This document shows, piece by piece, positions 63,076 to 64,000 of a stretch of 64,000 nucleotides of DNA (positions are counted from its first letter, which is position 1; every line of letters begins with the position of its first letter). The DNA is from Marsupella aquatica (Eukaryota > Plantae > Marchantiophyta): assembly GCA_973895155.1 (NCBI GenBank), contig OZ316896.1, positions 20,076,754-20,140,753 on the forward strand, given 5' to 3'. The notes beneath the pieces were generated by a model, which saw nothing but the letters and a program-made list of their open reading frames with translations, had not been told where the DNA came from and made no database searches. The position numbers and the translations under genes were made by a program.

Positions 63076-64000
63076 TTGTGAGTGAACATTCGTGAGCCTC
63101 AACAGAGTTTGGCTCTAAGCCTGAGCCTGACCTGTGACAAGATATAGCCCAATGGAATCTGAAAAACTAAGTAGCAGACTGTATTTACGTACATTAATTT
63201 GGGGTCCTCACTTATTTCCTCCCTACCCATCACGCGAAAGTAAGTATAGGGTTTGTTTATTGGGTTGAGAAGAATACTTTTAAATTTATGTAGAAGAACA
63301 TTAGGGTTTTGAAAAATCAAATTTTGAGAATTATAAGAGAAGATAGAGTTTTAGAAATGATTTTTTGGAATATTTTTTGAATATTTCAAATAGATAGGGG
63401 TTAGAAAAATAGTTCAGAAAAACTTTTTCTGATTTTTTAGGGTGTTTTATAGCTAAAAACATCAAGCGTGTTATGCGACCCCCTTAAGAGTGAGGCCCCC
63501 GAGAATTCATGGCAAGTACAGTAAGTTGCTTATCAGGCCTGGTTCATCATCTCTCAATGTTAATTACAAGCTTGAGCCGCTATCACCTGGGATCTGTAGT
63601 TTGCTTCTCTGAAGATTATGTATAGTGCAAAATAAGGTTCATTAAGACATCATGAACTGTAGTGGCACATAAACCTTGCCTACACTTTGCAGCCTTCTTT
63701 CCAATGACTGGCTTGTAGAACCAAAAGTTTACATATATAATATAATTATTATGGATGCACATGGGGCACAACTTGTTGTACTTAATGCAAGCCACACCGT
63801 CCAACCCAATACTGTAAAATAAACCATACTTTGCCACCATTTCGACATCCCTGCCAACAAATGATTCATTCATGACCATATATACCTTGGATGGAAGTGC
63901 TTTCTAGTGTTGATCATAACTGAATCCCATTGCCCTTTTCTAAGACTTTCCAATTGGGTTGCATTTGGGAATGACCCTCTAGACAAGATGCTTAATATTC

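Overview
Eukaryotic nuclear DNA from a land plant; gene structure and TE content suggest a bryophyte, but the organism is an inference. There are three intact genes: a single-exon AP2/ERF factor of the ERF084-like type (316-1893, -), a 13-exon plastid-type saccharopine dehydrogenase-family oxidoreductase (37922-43159, -) and a WRC-domain protein (50860-52254, +). A fourth locus is a highly divergent, intron-poor Argonaute (56766-62549, -) that keeps the MID pocket and DEDH tetrad but has a frameshift and a TGA flanking the first catalytic Asp. The intergenic DNA holds a 5'-truncated L1 LINE with poly(A) and a probable TSD, a solo LTR with a perfect TSD, MITE-like elements, tRNA-derived SINE-like heads and several tandem arrays. 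The most unusual signals are: (1) the divergent AGO; (2) a ~160-bp array in which five of six units carry AG|6 nt|GTAAGT, reading MQ-TQ-TQ-TQ-TQ if spliced; (3) a sharply GC-shifted, structured island made of the same repeats; (4) TA(CTG/CAG)TA insertions in a higher-order satellite that match Tc1-type excision footprints. All calls were made by eye and no searches were run.
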